From Squalus acanthias (taxonomy: Eukaryota), in assembly GCA_030390025.1 (NCBI GenBank), contig CM059432.1, forward strand, positions 67,520,001 to 67,584,000: a stretch of DNA of 64,000 nucleotides, written 5' to 3'. Under the pieces are notes generated by a model. The model searched no databases. It had not been told where the DNA came from and saw only the letters and a program-made list of their open reading frames with translations. Below are positions 33,706-47,147 of this stretch, piece by piece; position 1 is the first letter of the stretch; each line of letters begins with the position of its first letter. The translations under genes were made by a program, and so were the position numbers.

Positions 33706-36700
33706 GGTACCATGCTCACACTACTTCTGTGACCGTAGAACTACTCATAGAAATCTGCACCAATCCAAATTTTCACATATTTACTATAGGGGGTGAAGGA
33801 GTGGCTGAAGACAAAATTGAACGCATACATAGAAATCTCGTTCTCTGTATCCTAGATACCCTCCTCTCAATTCCCAACATCACCAACTGCATAAAAGATT
33901 CAGAACCCCCTCAAGGTATCAAAGGGGACAGATGAACTTTTTGCAGGCGGGGTAGGGGGGCGGAAGGGGAACAGCCAGAAGTCCATGTTGGAAACAATGA
34001 CATAGGAAGGAAAAGGTTTGAGGTCCTGCAGTCAGTGTTTCAGGAGCTAGGGAGATAGTTAAAGAGAAGGACATCAAAGGTGGTAATCTCTGAATTACTC
34101 CCAGTGTCACGTGCGAGTGAGTATAGGGACAGTAAGATAAAGCAGGTAAACACGTGGCTGGAGAAATGGTGCAGGAGGGAAGTCTTCAGATTCCTGGGGC
34201 CCTGGGGCCAGTTCTGGGGCAGTAGCAACCTGTACAGGATAGATGGATTGTACCTCAACAGGGCTGGGACCAATGTCCTTGCGGGGAGGTTAACTAGTGC
34301 TGTAGGGGAGGGTTTAAACTAATTTGGCAGAGGGAGGGGCACCAGAATGAAGCATTAGAGAGGAGAAATAAGTTGCACAGAAGTCTGGGAGAGACAAACA
34401 GCATTAGAATAAAGAGTAGTTCAGAAATAGGAGGGATCAGACGTGGGATGGGGGTGGTGGGGGTTTACTAGGCAGACAAGGATGGGTTTAGAGTGCAAGT
34501 CCGTAAATGCATAGAGCATGGTAAATAAGGTTGGTAAATAAATTGCCACATGGGATTATGATATACTGGCAATAATAGAGACCTGTTTCAAACAAGGGAA
34601 AGATTGGGAACTTAATGTTCCTGGATATAATTTATTCAGGAAAGAGAGGAAAGGAAAAAAGAGGGGGATGGCAGTACTGTTACAGCACTGGAAAGGGTTG
34701 ATGTACTTGAGGGTTCAAAGACAGAATCTATTTAATTAGAAATAAGGAATAATAGAGGAGCTATTACGCTGCTGGGTGTATACTATAGGCAAATGGGAAG
34801 AAGACAGAGGAGCAAATTTTCAGGCAAATTTTAAAAAGATGCAATAACTATAGAGTATTGATAATGGGGGACTTCAATTATCCTATTATAGACTGGAAAA
34901 TAACAGTGTAAAGGACATAAAGGGGGAAAAATTCCTGAAATGTGTACAAGAGAACTTTCTTGATCAGTATGTTTCCAGCTCAATGAGGAAGGAAGCAGTG
35001 CTGGGTCTGGGTCTGGTTCTGGGAATGCAGTGGGGCCAGTGGAGCATGTTTCAGTGGGGGAGCTTTTGGGAAACAGTGATCACAATATCATTAAGTTTAG
35101 AGTAGTTATGGAAAAGGATAAGAAACAATCAAATGTGAACCTACTCAACTAGAGGAGGATTAATTTCAGTGAGTTGAAAGGCGATCTGGTCCAGTTGGAT
35201 TGGAATCAAAGATTGGCAGGTAAAACAGTAAATGAACAATTGGAGACCTTCAAGGAGTAGATAGTTCAGGAACAGACTAGACACATTCCCATGAGACACA
35301 TTCCCATGAGGCAGAAAAGAAGGGCATCTAAAGCTAGAGCTCCCTGGATGACTAAAGATATACAGATTAAAATGAAACAGACAAAGGAGGCTTATGATAA
35401 ATGTTAGGCTCATAATGCAGTGGAAAACTAAGCTGAATACAGAAAGTGCAGAGGAGAACTGAAAAAGGAAATAAGAGGGGCAAAGAGACAGTATGATAAA
35501 AGATTAGCGGGTAACATAAAAGGGAACACGAAACTCTTTTATAAACATATAAATAGTAAAAGGATAGTCAAAGGAAGGGTGGGGTCAATTTGGGACCAAC
35601 AATGAAATCTTCTAGTGGAGGCATAGGTCATGGCTGTGGCACTAAATGAGTATTTTGCATTTGTCTTCACTAAAGAAGAGGATGATGCCAACGTCACAGT
35701 AAAGGAAGAGATAGTAGAGAAATTGGATTGGATAAAAATAAAGAGGATGCACTTAAAAGGTTGGCGGTACTCATAGTAGAAAAGTCTACTGGGATGCATC
35801 CTAGGTTGCTGAGGGAAGCAAGGGTGGCGATAGCAGAGGCTCTGGCCACAATCTTCCAATCCTCCTTAGATATGGGAGTGGTGCCAGAGGATTGGAGGAT
35901 TGCAAATGTTACAACCCTGTTCAAAAAAAGGGAGAAGGATAAAGCCAGCAACTACAGGATGGTCAGCCTAAAGCTGGTGGTGGGAAACTTCTGACACAAT
36001 AATCCAAGACAAATTAATTATCACTTGGAGAAATATCATTAATAATGACAGCCAGCACGGATTTGTTAAAGGCAAATCATGTTTCACGAACTTGATTGAG
36101 TTCTTATAATGGAGGGTTTGATGAAGGTAGTGTGGTTGATGTTGTGTATATAGACATACAAAAGGCCTGTGATAAAGTACCACATAATAGACTTGTCGGA
36201 AAAATTGAAGCCCATGGGATTAAAGGGGCAGTAGCAGTGTGGATACAAAATTGGCTAAGGAAAAGAAAACAGAGAGTAGTGGTGAACGGTTGCTTTTCAG
36301 ACTGGAGGGAAGTATACAGTGGTGACCCCCAGGGATTGGTATTAGGACCACTGCTCTCTTTGATATGTACTAATAACTCAATTTATGGCATAATTTTAAA
36401 GTTTGGAGATGACACAAAACTGGGAAATATAGTAAACAGTGAGGAGCATAGTGATAGACTTCAGAAGGTCATAGTAAGACTGGGGGAAATGGACAGACAC
36501 ATGACAGATGAAATTTAATGCAGGGAAGTCTGAAGTGGTGCGTTTTGGTAGGAAGAATGAGGAGAGGCAATATAAACTAAATGGTACAAATTTAAAGGGG
36601 GTGCAGGAACAGAGAGGTCTGGAGGTGTATGTATACAAATCTTTGAAGATGAAAGGACAAGTTGAAAAGGCTGTTAAAAAAGCGTATAGGATCCTTGGCT

Positions 36701-36996
36701 TTGTAAATGGAGGCATAGGGCTGGATTTTGATACTGGGGTGGGCTAGGGTTGTGTAATCCACATTTCGTGTTAGCCACCCGTTTCTAAATCGATGTGGGA
36801 GAATGATGCCATTTTAACCTAATTGGCCAATTGAGTTCCAACATGTGGGAACCCATGGCCAGTGAGTTTTTCCAGTCTGAAAGTCGCTTCCGATGACGTC
36901 ATCATTGCTATTGCATTTAAGGTCTGCAACAAGCCTTGCTTCTTCTGCAGACTGCCAAGCTTTTGCCCTTGCATGTTCGAGGCACCTGCAGGAAGA

Positions 36997-38949
36997 ATGG
37001 CCAGCCAGAGACCTAGGTCTGCACCCCGCTTTGATGATGTTGCCCTGCAGGCTTTAGTAGAGGGAGCAAGAGCAAACAGAGAGGTGCTCTTCCCTTCTTC
37101 AGGGAGGAGGAAGCCTCCCCAGTAAACCAAGGCTGTGTGGATCCAGGTGGCAGAGGAGGTCAACTCTTTGTCAATAACCCGCAGAACCTGGCTTCAGTGC
37201 AGGAAGAGGCTTCATGACCTGCTGCGCACTGGAAAAGTGAGTATGAATTTCCCATCACCCTCAATCTGATCCCCATTGCCTCTCCTCACCAGCACTCAGC
37301 TTTAGCAATCTCTTCCTCCACATCCCACTTGACACTGACATCCATGCACCCTTACCCATTCCCTCTCTCTCTATGGTCACATTCACCTAACTATTCGACT
37401 ATGCAGCCCTCACACTCCCTATCACTGTGATGCAATTACAACTTACAACACACATGGAGGGCCCTTGGTCTTGCCACCTCACTCCATCTTTGTCTCCTTC
37501 TAAGCATCTATGCTATGGATTCTCTACACTCACTCCTTCATTCTCACTCAAACTCCACTTGTCTCCCTCATTGCAGGAAAAGAGAGCTCACAATAAGAGG
37601 GAAAGAGCGAGGACAGGAGAGGGCCACCCTCAGTAGCCCAGCTCACCTGGGAGGAGGCGGTCCTGGAGATGGTGGCAGTGGAGGAAGATTCCCAAGTGGG
37701 GGACGGACAGACGGGCGCAACACAGCAAGCTGGTGACAGAATAGATTTCCATCTCTCTCAATGACATTGCACGAGTCGCTGATAATGATTCTGAACCTCT
37801 AACAGATGGACTTATGATCATCTGCAATATGCAATGTGCATGTAACCTTGGCCTCACATCTCTGACTCCTTTACTCCCCCCAGGACCATCGCAAGCACCC
37901 GTCCCCACTATCCAGGAGGAAGAGCATGAGCCTCAAGACTCCTCAGAGGAAGCTGCAACCTCTGAGGGCGCAGCATCAGCAGAATTCAGCGCACCCAGCA
38001 CCAGCGCAGACACTCACACCTCGGAGGGAACATCGCGAGATAGAGTAGTGTTGTCACCTGGTGTATCACAGCTCACAAGTGAGCATCAGCAGATAGTGGA
38101 GACAGGGACAGCAGTGGAGAGTCCTAGTCGGAGGGCGCAGGACTCTCCCATCTCGGCTCAGCTGCATGTCGACCCTCTGCCTCTGGGTCCATCCATAAGA
38201 TCAGTGGTGCTGGAACTCCAGGAACAGATGCAGGAGTCTCTGGCAGGTTTTGTCTCCAGGGCCGCTGCGAGTGTGGAGCGAATGGAGGAGTCCATAGCGA
38301 ACATGAGCAGAGCCTTTGTGGAGTCATTGGTGCATGAACGCATCACCACGGAAAGGATGGCAACCTCCGTGGAAAGGATGGCTACGGTAGAGGAGAGGAT
38401 GGCTACGGCCATGGAGGAGCTAAGTCGCCAGAGTGTAGAAAACATGGTCATTGTTCAGAATAGACTGGCATCTCTTGAGGAGCGATGGTCAGCTACTGAG
38501 CATAGAAACCAGACCTTCATGGAAGTCCTCTGGAGTAGGACTTCCAGTGCAGAAACGGGTCTCATGGCCCCCCTGAAATGCAGCAAGGTGCTGTCAAGCC
38601 ACTTGCTAGCTCTGAAGTGGGGCTGACCCATGAGAGGGATGTTGGTGGCAGACAACAAGGAAGTGGGAGCTCCTCTCCAAGTGCTCACATGACCATGCCA
38701 CTGCAAAGCCCTCGGTCAGAGCCCCACCAGAGTCCTCACCCAACTGAGATGGGCGTCTCATCCCCTGCACAGCCGCAGGAGCAGCAGACTGTTGGTGAGC
38801 CCTCACAGGTTCGTAACCCCAGAGGACGCCCGCCAAAGGTGTCGAGACAGGAGCAGCAAGAAAGTGAGCAAGGGGCCACCACATCTGCTGAAGCCACAGG
38901 GGAAGCACCACGTAGGAGCACGTGTAAGAGGAAGATAATGCACAAGTAG
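36997..38949 (+). pseudogene. Harbinger Myb/SANT-like DNA-binding protein, 3 exons (36997-37236, 37577-37732, 37884-~38949)
   Basis: 'RSAPRFDDVALQALVE..VLFP..*TKAVWIQVAEEVNS..RTWLQCRKRLHDL'; GT-AG introns with compatible phases (0, 1); TGGG motif restored by one nt; coiled-coil 'ERMA' repeats; one stop and at least two frameshifts. Confidence 0.85.
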
Positions 38950-39207
38950 TCACAAGGGTAGTCACTTGGGTGTTATGTTGTGTTTATTTTTGATATGCCA
39001 TCAGTTGCTTGTTGGGATAAAAAATTCTGATGGCAAACTGTTGAAGTTGTGGCCTGTGTCATTTCGCAAATGGGACTTCCACATTGAGGGCTTAGGATTA
39101 TTTGCAATTGTCAGTATGGTGTTCAAATTGCTAGGAATCCGTTGGTTCTTGGCCATTGTCGATGCTCAGTTAAGAAGCTGCGAGGCAAAAGTGCTTGATT
39201 GGCTAGG

Positions 39208-40446
39208 CTAAGCAAATCTGGCCAAGATGAGTGCGTTCCTTGCATCCCGGGCAGCAATGTTCTCGCGTACTGCTGCCGTTGGTTGATGGGCCTCTGCAAG
39301 ATGTTTGTTTTCGCTCTGATCCTCTTCCTCCTCCTCCTCCTCCTGCTCCTCCTCATCTGAGGAGGATATGTGACGAGCCACTTGGTCCTCAGGAATCTGC
39401 AAGCCACGACGCTGTGCCATGTTGTGAAGTGCACAGCAAACCACGACGATTCTGGAGACCCTGGCTGCTGAGTACTGCAGGGCTCCACCTGATCTATCCA
39501 GGCATCTGAAGTGCATCTTCAACATACCGATGGTTTGGTCGATTATGGCTCTGGTGGAAATGTGGCTGGAGTTGTAGCTCTCCTCAGCTTCGTTGGATGG
39601 GCTCCTCAACGGCGTCATTAGCCACGTCTTCAGGGGATAGCCCTTGTCTCCAAGTAGCCATCCGTTAAGTTGGTCTGGCGGACTGAATAGCGGAGGCACA
39701 CTAGACTGGCGCAGTATGAAGGAGTCATGGCAACTGCCAGGGTACTTGGCACAAACATGCAAAATTTCCTTCTTGTGGTCACACACCAGCTGAACGTTAA
39801 GGGAGTGGAAGCCCTTGCAGTTGACAAAAATACCTGGATTGCGATGGGGTGCCTTAAGGGCCACATGTGTGCAGTCAATGATGCCCTGCACCCTTGGAAA
39901 GCCTGCCAGATTAGCTAATCCAACCGCACGCGCCGTGACACTTGCTTGATCCTTGGTGAAATGGGCATCGGTTACCTGCGTGATGCAAGTGTGTGCGGCC
40001 GCCTGGGAGATGCCGCTGATGTCTGCTGCTGATCCCTGGAATGACCCTTGAGGCAAAAAAGTTGAGTGCGGTGGTGACTTTGACGGCCACTGGTAAGGGT
40101 TGTCCACCTGGTCCTCTGGGCTCCAGGTCTTGTTGCAGCATTGCGCAGATGTCACCCACTACCTCTCGCGAAAGTCGAGCCACCTTTGGCACTGCTGCTC
40201 AGACATGTTGAGGTAGCTGACCTTGTGTCTGTAGACCCTGTTTGGGCGCCGACGGGCTTCCATGCGCTGGCCCCTTCTGGCCTGTGCAGCTTCAGGTGGG
40301 TGAGCAGCAGCTTGGTGCTCCTGTTGTTGCTGCTGCTGTTGGTGCTGCTGCTGTTGATGCTGCTGCTGTTCATGGTTCTGCTGGTGCTGCGGCTGGTCTT
40401 CGTCCTCATCTGATGTCCAGAAGGGAAGGAAATAAATAGCTCCCAT
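39208..40446 (-). pseudogene. Harbinger (HARBI1-family) DDE transposase with poly-Q N-terminus, frameshifted
   Basis: '[13 protein letters not shown]', '[13 protein letters not shown]', '[11 protein letters not shown]', '[10 protein letters not shown]', 'CCALHN'; N-terminal parts lie in two other frames. Confidence 0.93.
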
Positions 40447-41999
40447 GCTTCTAGTATATGCCTCAGTTGAGGAAGCGCTCAGTCAAGGTGGCGAGAAGGG
40501 TTTCCCAGGAGGTCACACTGGAGATGGGTGTCAGGCTCCAAACTTCCACAGCTGTGGTTATGCCTTCTAAAAGTTCCCCCAGACCTAAGACAGCAAAGTC
40601 CTGCCACCTGCAAATGATGGCTGATCAAATCTCCTATTTAATGGTTGAGCTGCAGCTGATAGTCAGCAATCCAATTGTGCTACCGCCAGGTTTCACCGTC
40701 GTGTTTCAGAACAGGCGTGCTTCATGTGGGAAAAGGGTTAAAATCACAAAGGCCTATCAAAATGGCATTATAGAGGCAATTTTGTGCTTGTTAAGGGCCT
40801 TAACGGCCTATCCCGCCTCTTGGAGGTGGGACGGAGACGGGACCAGTAAACACGATTTAATGAAAATTGCATGGAGGCGGGATGGAGGCGGGGTTGGGCT
40901 CCCCCCCATCAGTTTTTGCAATTTTAACCACCCACACGCCTCCAAACCCACCTCAACGGCCCAATGAAAACCCAGCCCATAGAGTACAAAAGCAAGGAAG
41001 TTGCGCTAAACCTTTATAAATCACTGATTAGGCCTCAGCTGGAATATTGTGTCCAATTCTGGGCACCACACTTTATGAAGGATGTCAAGGCCTTATGGAG
41101 GGTATAGATGAGATTTACTAGCATGGTACCAGGGATGCAGGACTTCAGTTACGTGGAGAGACTAGAGAAGCTGGAGCTGTTCTCCTTAGAGTAGAGAAGG
41201 TAATGGGGAGATTTAATAGATGTGTTCAACATCATGAAAGGTTTTGATAGAGTAATTAAGGAGAAACTGTTTCCAGTGGCAGAAGGGTCGGTAACCAGGG
41301 GACACAGATTTAATTGGCAAAAGAACCAGAGGTGAGATGAGGAGAATTTTTTTTACACAGCGAATTGTTATGATCAGGAATTCACTGGCAGTAAGGGTGG
41401 TGGAAGCAGATTCCATAATAACTTTCAAAAGGTAATTGGAATAATACTTGAAGGGAAAAAATCTCCAGGATTATGGGGAAAGGGCAGGGGAATGGGATAA
41501 TTGGATAGCTCTATGAAAGAGCTGGCACAGGCAAAATGGACTGAATGGCCTTCTGTGCTGTATCATTCTATGATTCTATGAACAGTTTACAAGGATGAAT
41601 TGAGCCAGTAAAAAGGGTACAGGGAGAAAATAAAAGAATGGTCTGTGTTTAGGTGGAGGACAGGAGGTGAGGAAATGACAGTAGCCATAATGGTGTAAAA
41701 CAAAAGGAGGCATTGGTGAGAGAAATTAGAGAAATAAAAGATCTATCTGAGACTCAAAGGATGTGTCTATCTTGAAGCAGAATAGCAGAGAGGGAGAGAA
41801 ACATGTCAAATCTGGCAAATCGGAGCAGACTCCAAGGGCCAGGCAGTATGGTGAAAGAAAAAGGCAGGTGATACCAGGAGTGTAGATCATCCTGTCAGCC
41901 ATGGGATTCACATCCCAAGCACTAGCCCACAACCTTCCCCCATTCTAGGAGCGTTGGTGCACCCACCCTACATTCTCTGTTCCACACAAAATGGGTTAA

Positions 42000-42150
42000 G
42001 GTTTGAAGTTGTTAAATTCAATGTTAAAGGCAGAGAACTGTAAAGTGCCTAATGGAAAGATGAAGTGCTGTTCATTGAGCTTGTTTTGAGCCTCTCTGGA
42101 ACAATGTAGGAGGCCAAGGACCAAGAGGTCAGAGTGGGATGGAGAATTAT
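42000..42150 (-). mobile_element. Penelope-like element C-terminal fragment
   Basis: Reverse translation 'SDLLVLGLLHCSREAQNKLNEQHFIFPLGTLQFSAFNIEFNNFKP' matches the end of ORF 9567-10454. Confidence 0.8.
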
Positions 42151-42900
42151 CTCCGTCCCATTCCCACTAATGGTAAGTACTCTCAATATATCCAGACTTT
42201 TTCCAAACCTTTTTTAAATGTTCCCAGTAAAAAATTCCTCATGCTTTATCTGGCTTCCTTGTCCTTCCAGATATAATTTGATGATGTATTTATAATTATA
42301 TAAGTAGATCGCCAGATTCATTTGGAAGGAGAACAAAGCCAGAAACAGTATCAGAAAATTCAAAGTAGCCGAAGTAGTTGGGATTGATGCTCCCAAACTG
42401 CCATGACTACTATTGTGTGTAACAATTCAGAGAATAATGGCATGGGCCATGCTGACTAGGCCACCCTGGACAAAGATGAAGAAGAAATGCTGCTAAACCT
42501 TCCCTATTGCTCAACACCCCCATAGGTTACAAAAAAATGATCACAGATAAAACCTACCCTAATAACTCCATAATCTGTGTTTGATACACTTCCCACAAAA
42601 CATTTCTGAGTACAGTGTATATCACAGCATCATAATCTAAAGTACACTTTTGCTGCCTATGCTGTATAACAGAAGGATTGCACTAACAACTGCAGCCACA
42701 AATTTCCTCCACTTCCCAAATGAATTACTCTTGAGTTGTACAGGAATCGTGCTCCTGGCCTGTGAATGCAGATTTAAAGAGCCTGACCTTGCGTTTTCTG
42801 GTGGGGTCAGCGACACACAGCAGCAGTGAACATAAGTGCTAATCAGTCGGCATAATGGGGCCACTAGCACAACACTGATTTTTGGGACCCAACTGCCTAC

Positions 42901-43624
42901 AACAGCAACAACTTGCATTTATATAGCATCTTTAACATAGTAAAACATCTGAAGGTGCTTCACAGGAACGTTATCAAACAAAATTTGACAGCGAGCCACA
43001 TAAGGAGATATTAGGACAGATGACCAAAAGTTTGGTCAGAGGTAGGTTTTAAGGAGAGTTTTAAAGGAGAGAGAGAGGTAGAGAGGTGAAGGGGTTTATG
43101 GAGGGAATTTCAGAGCTCAGGGCCTAGGCAGCTGGAGGCACGGATGCCAATGGTGGCGCCATTAAAATTGGGGAAGCGTAAGAGGCCAGAATTGGAGGAG
43201 AGTAGATATCTCGGAGGGTTGCAGGGCTGGAGGAGGTTACAGAGATAGGGAGGGGCGAGGCCATGGAGGAATTTGAAAATAAAGATGAGAATTTTAAAAT
43301 TTAGGCCTTGCCAGACTGGGTGCCAATGTAGGTCAGTGAGCACAGGGGTGATGGGTGACCGGGACTTAGTGTGATTTAGGATATGGGCAGCAGAGTTTTG
43401 GATGAGCTTAAGTTTATGTAGGATGGAAGATGGAAGGCAGGCCAGGAGAGCATTGGAATAGTCAAGTCTAGAGGTAACAAAGGTATGGATGAGGATTTCA
43501 GCAGCAGATGAGCTGAGGTAGGAGCTGAGACGGGCAATGTAACGCAGGTGGAAGTAGGCGGTTCTGGTGATGGAGCGGATACTTGGTCGAAGGCTCATCT
43601 CGGGGTCAAATATGACACCAAGGT
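42901..43624 (-). mobile_element. L2 LINE 3' part
   Basis: 'DLGVIFDPEMSL..AYFHLRYIARL..FVTSRLDYSNALL..IQNSAA..ITPVLTDLHW'; TTG tail. Confidence 0.9.
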
Positions 43625-45546
43625 CTAGCTGCATAAGAATGAGAAAAGTTGTCTCCAGATTCTTGAGAACCGCATTCAACCTGTGTGAATATATAGATGG
43701 CTTCTTTGAGCACCGCGTCAAGACAATGAGCTTCTTCACCACCAACAATGCCAATAGAATCATTCTGCATGGATACCATAGAGCATTCACCTCTGCGATT
43801 AATCCCAAAAATCATATTTTAGAATCATTATCAATAATGACACCACCTGTTCTGACAACAGCACCTCAGAAGGGGAAATTTAAGGCCAAAGGCAAAATTT
43901 ATGAAGAAAATTGCCCTCTTCTGAGCCACAACGCCAACATTTACCTTCTGACACGTGGCCCATGTTAGCCATAATGCATGACATTGCTAAATTTTGTAAT
44001 GAAGTAAAGGTAGATTTGTGGCACCAGAATTCAGGAGAGATGAGGAGGACCCGTGAAGTAGAAGAAATGAGAAATAGGAGCAGGGGTAGACCATACAGCC
44101 CCTCGAGCCAGAACGTTGAGAGGTAAGGTTGTTGTACTGCGAAGATAAGATTTATTTCTATGTAGTTGTGTCAAGTACATTATCATACGTCCAACTACAT
44201 GGTATTGAAATAATCTATTAAAATGTGATGTCTTCACAAAATTGTTCCAGATGTAAATTTAAATCCCGATAATCAGTCTATTTTATACTAAGTCACTTTA
44301 TAACTGGTCCATATAATTTGTCCATTTTAAACTAACGGTAGCCTTAAATCTATAAAACCAATTCATTTTTAACAACTCTTCTTCAAAGTGAGCTTTTCAT
44401 CGCAATTTAACAATTGTTTCCAAGTTAAACCTTCTGTGAATCTATGAATGTATTTTCTTTTCTGTTCTCTATTTTCTGTAAATTAATGGGAATGTCCAAA
44501 AATCACACTTGAGGTGGATTTAATTATACCTAATTATTAAAGAAAGAGCTTTACTGAGCATGTTGTGAAAAGCATGAATATTAATCAGCCAATTAAGGAT
44601 GTGCTGGTTGCTAGGACCTCTCTGATCTAATCACATGCACACAAAACTACATACACAGTACCATGTACATTTTTACCTGTTCTTTTGTGAGTAGCTCTCG
44701 TTGCACTAAATTTGAGTTCTGTCAATATTTTATTGGAGTAAAAGAAACAATTGTATTTGCTTCTGCAATGCTTGAAATGTTGGATGTCACTGGGCGAAAC
44801 TGCTATAAACTGCGTTTTTCCCCCTCTGGTAACTATTTGTTAAGACTAAAGCTTATTAATAAAGTCATACTTATTCAAATGTTAAAGCTCTAGTTAAATA
44901 TTCAGTAATTTTTCAATTGTTTTTACACTTGTGATCACTGTGTACTGCATTACTACGACCACCCTGCTTGCAATGAAATTTTTATGCCTGGTAGAATTTT
45001 ATTGTCACGCACTTGCAGTTCCTGTGTAGAAACCAGTTCAATACTATCATTCTTATTTAAATATTGAAACTGTATTTATGAAGGAAGGGGACAGGTTTTG
45101 AATCAAAGCTTTGGGCCCTCAATTAAACCACGATTCACGACAGAAAGAAGATGTCATAGCAACCCACGTAGGCTCAGTGACTCATAAGATTAAGAATGAA
45201 CTGAGAAAAGGTCACAGTAATTAAACATACAGAAAAGTGAATAATTTAAAGATACACAAGGTTCTAGCAGGAGGCACATAGCCATTGAATAAATAAAATA
45301 TGTAATGAGTGCTGAAGATTCCTGTTCATCTTATTTGTATGAAAGATTCAGTGCTCATTGCTAATGAACCTTGAAGGAGGCTTACTGCCCCCAACGAGCT
45401 ATCCTTATTTCCTTTCTTATTTCTCTTTTCCTTTTCCACAGAATTAAAAAAAATGAAAACTCATTATGGGATCAGAACACACACAGAGCAACAAGACAGT
45501 GAATCTGGCACCGCCACTGTTTCACTACAGTCTTCAGATAATTACA

Positions 45547-45918
45547 AAAGCAAAATACTGCGGATGCTGGAAATCTGAAATAAAAACAGAAAATGCTTGA
45601 AATACTCAGCAGGTCAGGCAGCATCTGTGGAGAGAGAAACAGAGTTAACGTTTCAGGTCGATGACCTTTCGTCAGAACTGGAAAAAGTTGGAGATGTAGC
45701 AGATTTTAAGCAAGTGCAGGGGCAGGGAAAGGGGGAGGGGAGGAAGGAACAAAAGGGAAGGTAAATCTCTAACTTTTTCACCTTCCCTTTTGTTCTTTCC
45801 TCCCCTCCCCCCTTTCCCTGCCTAAAATCTGTTACATCTCCAACTTTTTCCAGTTCTGATGAAAGGTCAGCGACCTGAAACATTAACTCTGTTTCTCACT
45901 CCACAGATGCTGCCTGGC
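45547..45918. mobile_element. Fold-back mini-Penelope (inverted pLTR pair) with hammerhead cores on both strands
   Basis: 15-bp TSD CTTCAGATAATTACA (45532-45546, 45919-45933); long inverted arms; CTGACGA..GAAAC on - (~45643-45677) and CTGATGA..GAAAC on + (~45856-45888). Confidence 0.87.
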
Positions 45919-46353
45919 CTTCAGATAATTACATTGTTTAAAGCTGTTTGTTCAGTGTAGAAGTGAAGATGAATTGAGCTGTCCTGAAATGGTGGTGTGT
46001 GGGTACATACCAACAATTCCCCATGTGGTAGATTCCTGATCTTATCATAAGGAGGCAAAGAGCAGGGCCTTCCAAACAGTGAGTGATGGAAATATGGGAT
46101 AAATCACTTACCCCTTACTTTGTGATGGCATTGGAAAAGGTCTGACAGTTAATCTGCTGTCAGTTCTTTCAAGAAGGAAATGGTTAGGGAAAAATGGCTT
46201 AAAGACGTGAAGAAAAAAATCAAAATTGAAAGAAAAATTTGTTTTGTGATTTGGAAAAACTCACATGAATCAGAAAAAAAATGATTGTCATAGAAATTAC
46301 AGTACGGAGGAGGCCATTCAGCCCATTTCACCTGTGCCGGTGCTAGCTCTTCA

Positions 46354-47147
46354 GCAACAACAACAACAACTTGTATTTATATAGCACCTTTAACGTAGTG
46401 AAGCATCCCAAGGCGCTTCTCACAAGCATTATCAAACAAAATTTGACACCGCGCCACATAAGGAGATATTAGGGCAGATGACCAACCGTTTGGTCAAAGA
46501 GTTAGGTTTTAAGGAGCGTCTTAAAGAAGGCAAGAGAGGGAAAGGGGCGGAGAGGTTTAGGGTGGGAATTCCAGAGATTAGGGCCTTGACAGCTGAAGGC
46601 ACAGACGCCAATGGTGCAGTGATTAAAATTGGAGATGCGCAAGAGGCCAGAATTAGAGGAGCGCATATATCTCGGAGGGTAGTTGGGCTGGAGGAGATTA
46701 CAGAGATAGGGAGAGACGAGGCCATGGAGGAATTTGAAAACAAGGATGAGAATTTTAAAGTCGAGGCATTGTTTAACCGGGAGCCAATGTAGGTCAGCAA
46801 GCACAGGGGTAATGGGTGAACGGGATATGGTGTGAGTTAGGATACGGGCAGCAGAGTTTTGGATGAGCTTAAGTTTATGGAGGGTGGAAGATGGAAGGCC
46901 GGCCAGGAGAGCATTGGAATAGTTAAGTCTAGAGGTAACAAAAGCACGGATGAGGGTTTCATCAACAGATGAGCTGAGGCAGGGCCAGAGTTGGGCGATG
47001 TTACGGAGGTGGAAATAGGCGTGATGTCGCGTATATGTGGTCGGAAGCTCATCTTGGGGTCAAATACAACACCAAGGTTGTGAACAATCTGGTTTAGCCT
47101 CAGACAGTTGCCAGGGAGAGAGGTGGAGTCGGTGGCTAGGGAACAGA
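46354..47147 (-). mobile_element. L2 LINE 3' part
   Basis: 'LADLHWLPVKQCLDFKILILVFKFLHGL..AFSCQGPNLWNS'; (CAA)n tail at ~46354-46370. Confidence 0.9.

Larger units (their letters stand above)
36718..40978. mobile_element. Near-complete autonomous-type PIF/Harbinger transposon (4261 bp), two convergent genes, now disrupted
   Basis: TIR GGGCTGGATTTT / AAAACCCAGCCC; TSD ATA (36715-36717, 40979-40981); DDE transposase on -, Myb/SANT gene on +. Confidence 0.95.
33985..41580 (+). mobile_element. CR1 (end of ORF1, degraded ORF2, 3' UTR) split by the Harbinger at 36718-40978
   Basis: ORF1 'WLEKWCRREVFRFL..DGLYLNRAGTNVLA'; EN 'GDFNYP'; RT 'DVVYIDIQKACD', 'KFGDDTKLG'; ATTCTATG tail at ~41564-41580; frame restored across TSD ATA. 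Confidence 0.9.

Noticed and set aside
39208..40155. Domesticated host HARBI1 gene
   Set aside because: Lies within TIRs and a TSD, is paired with a Myb gene and is frameshifted, so it is a transposon copy
40458..40967. 169-aa ORF as a third Harbinger gene
   Set aside because: Covers the transposase promoter and subterminal region on the opposite strand; no motif
42150..42430. L1/Tx1-like ORF2 trace, plus an old SINE-like stretch at 55300-55710
   Set aside because: Too degraded to assign by eye
43625..43968. ORFs open on both strands next to L2
   Set aside because: No recognisable domain; ORF length partly comes from L2 read-through
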